37,949 nucleotides of DNA from Nitrospinales bacterium. GTDB lineage: Bacteria; Nitrospinota; Nitrospinia; Nitrospinales; JAJDAT01. This document shows positions 37,075 through 37,949 of the stretch, in pieces. The notes beneath the pieces are model-generated. The model was not told the DNA's origin. It searched no databases and worked only from the letters and a program-made list of their open reading frames with translations. Where the stretch lies: NCBI GenBank assembly GCA_046757665.1, contig JBHHYO010000016.1, forward strand, positions 1-37,949, written 5' to 3'. How positions within the stretch are numbered: the first letter of the stretch is position 1; every line of letters starts with the position of its first letter. The position numbers were made by a program, and so were the translations under genes.

Positions 37075-37470
37075 TTATTTGCTTTGGGCAGACACAAATT
37101 TCATTTGCAGTTCATACGTCAGTTGATGGAGCAGTTTTTCTTCCTCTTTGTTCAGGTTGCCCTGGGTTTTTTCCTTGAGCATGGAGAGGATATCGATGGT
37201 TTGTTTTACGGCGGAAAGATCGGTTTTTTTCTCTCCGGTTTGCGGGTCGGGGATGTCGCCAAGGTGATAAAACGCCGAGGAGGTCAGGGACAGTACGAAT
37301 GTGGAAAAATCGATTTGAAAGTCATCGGGGATCCGTTTCTCCGCCGCGTCTTTTGCTTTGGCTTCTTCATCCGCCCGGGCCTGGTCCGCTTCTTTTATTT
37401 CTTCATCGGATTTGTGGGTGTGGCGTTTGTCCTTGATGACGAACCCCTGTCCCTTGGTTTCTTCGTTCAT
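37075..37470 (-). CDS. DUF1844 family protein
   Basis: DFSTFVLSL...LGDIPDP...AVKQTIDILSMLKEKTQGNL...YELQMKFV pattern. Confidence 0.85.
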   Translation of the reverse strand: MNEETKGQGFVIKDKRHTHKSDEEIKEADQARADEEAKAKDAAEKRIPDDFQIDFSTFVLSLTSSAFYHLGDIPDPQTGEKKTDLSAVKQTIDILSMLKEKTQGNLNKEEEKLLHQLTYELQMKFVSAQSK

Positions 37471-37492
37471 GATAAACAGTCTCCGGTTGGTT

Positions 37493-37744
37493 TCAGGTTC
37501 CCGGGTCCTCATCCGACGAATCTACGAGCAGTCGCACCGAAAATCCCAGAACGATCATAATCAGCCCCAGAATCAGGGAGAGATACCCATCGCCTTCGAT
37601 GAATTCCATATATGTTTTTCCCAGGATCGGCCATTGTCGGATGATGCCGATGGCGACAAAGACGCAACCCGCCGCCGTCAGGATTTTTTTCATCCATTTG
37701 AGGGTTGGTTCGTCGTCGGGTTCGACTTGCGGTTCTTCTTGCAT
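37493..37744 (-). CDS. Small hypothetical membrane protein (2 TM)
   Basis: 83 aa with two hydrophobic helices, downstream of a strong promoter match and an AGGA RBS. Confidence 0.7.
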   Translation of the reverse strand: MQEEPQVEPDDEPTLKWMKKILTAAGCVFVAIGIIRQWPILGKTYMEFIEGDGYLSLILGLIMIVLGFSVRLLVDSSDEDPGT

Positions 37745-37829
37745 GATCCTGGTTCTAAAGGAGTGTGCGGGGTAATGGTTTCAAGAGGAGCGACTTTGAT
37801 TACAAATGCCGGCCCCTTGGGGATATCTC

Positions 37830-37858
37830 ATCTTAGCAAATCGGAATTTTCATGTCAA
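37830..37858 (-). promoter_or_regulatory. Sigma70-type promoter
   Basis: TTGACA (37858-37853), 17 bp, TAAGAT (37835-37830) with an extended TGn motif. Confidence 0.7.
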
Positions 37859-37899
37859 AATCAAGCGTTCCGGTTGTTGGGGCTCGGGGCATCTGCTAG

Positions 37900-37949
37900 C
37901 AGGTTGCTGAAAAAGTCCCAAACGGACGGATTAAATTGTAAAATGACCG
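37900..37949. mobile_element. Possible end of an IS or MITE, truncated by the window edge
   Basis: CTAG followed by CAGGTTGCTGAAAAAGTCC, resembling IS5/IS1182-type termini. The partner repeat is not visible. Confidence 0.35.

Overview
GC-rich, gene-dense bacterial chromosomal segment; gene style is compatible with a Nitrospinota- or deltaproteobacterium-like organism (inference only). The left part holds envelope and proteostasis genes: PpiC-type PPIase, monoheme cytochrome c, PepN, BatC/D/E-like genes, two Hsp20s, TrkH, DegP and LD-carboxypeptidase. The middle holds a single-chain 5-oxoprolinase, an MBL hydrolase, rlpA, greA and trmB. Three things stand out. (1) LpxC is fused behind an NtrX-like receiver and a degenerate sigma54 AAA+ domain. 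(2) Right next to it is an ~11.7 kb array of seven TPR + SAM-methyltransferase paralogs. Their TPR arms differ by near-exact multiples of 34 aa, five are translationally coupled, and neighbours share identical DNA tracts. (3) A ~150 bp MITE carrying REP-like repeats sits in frame inside the batD signal-peptide region. No rRNA, tRNA or CRISPR array was seen. A possible IS end lies at the right edge.
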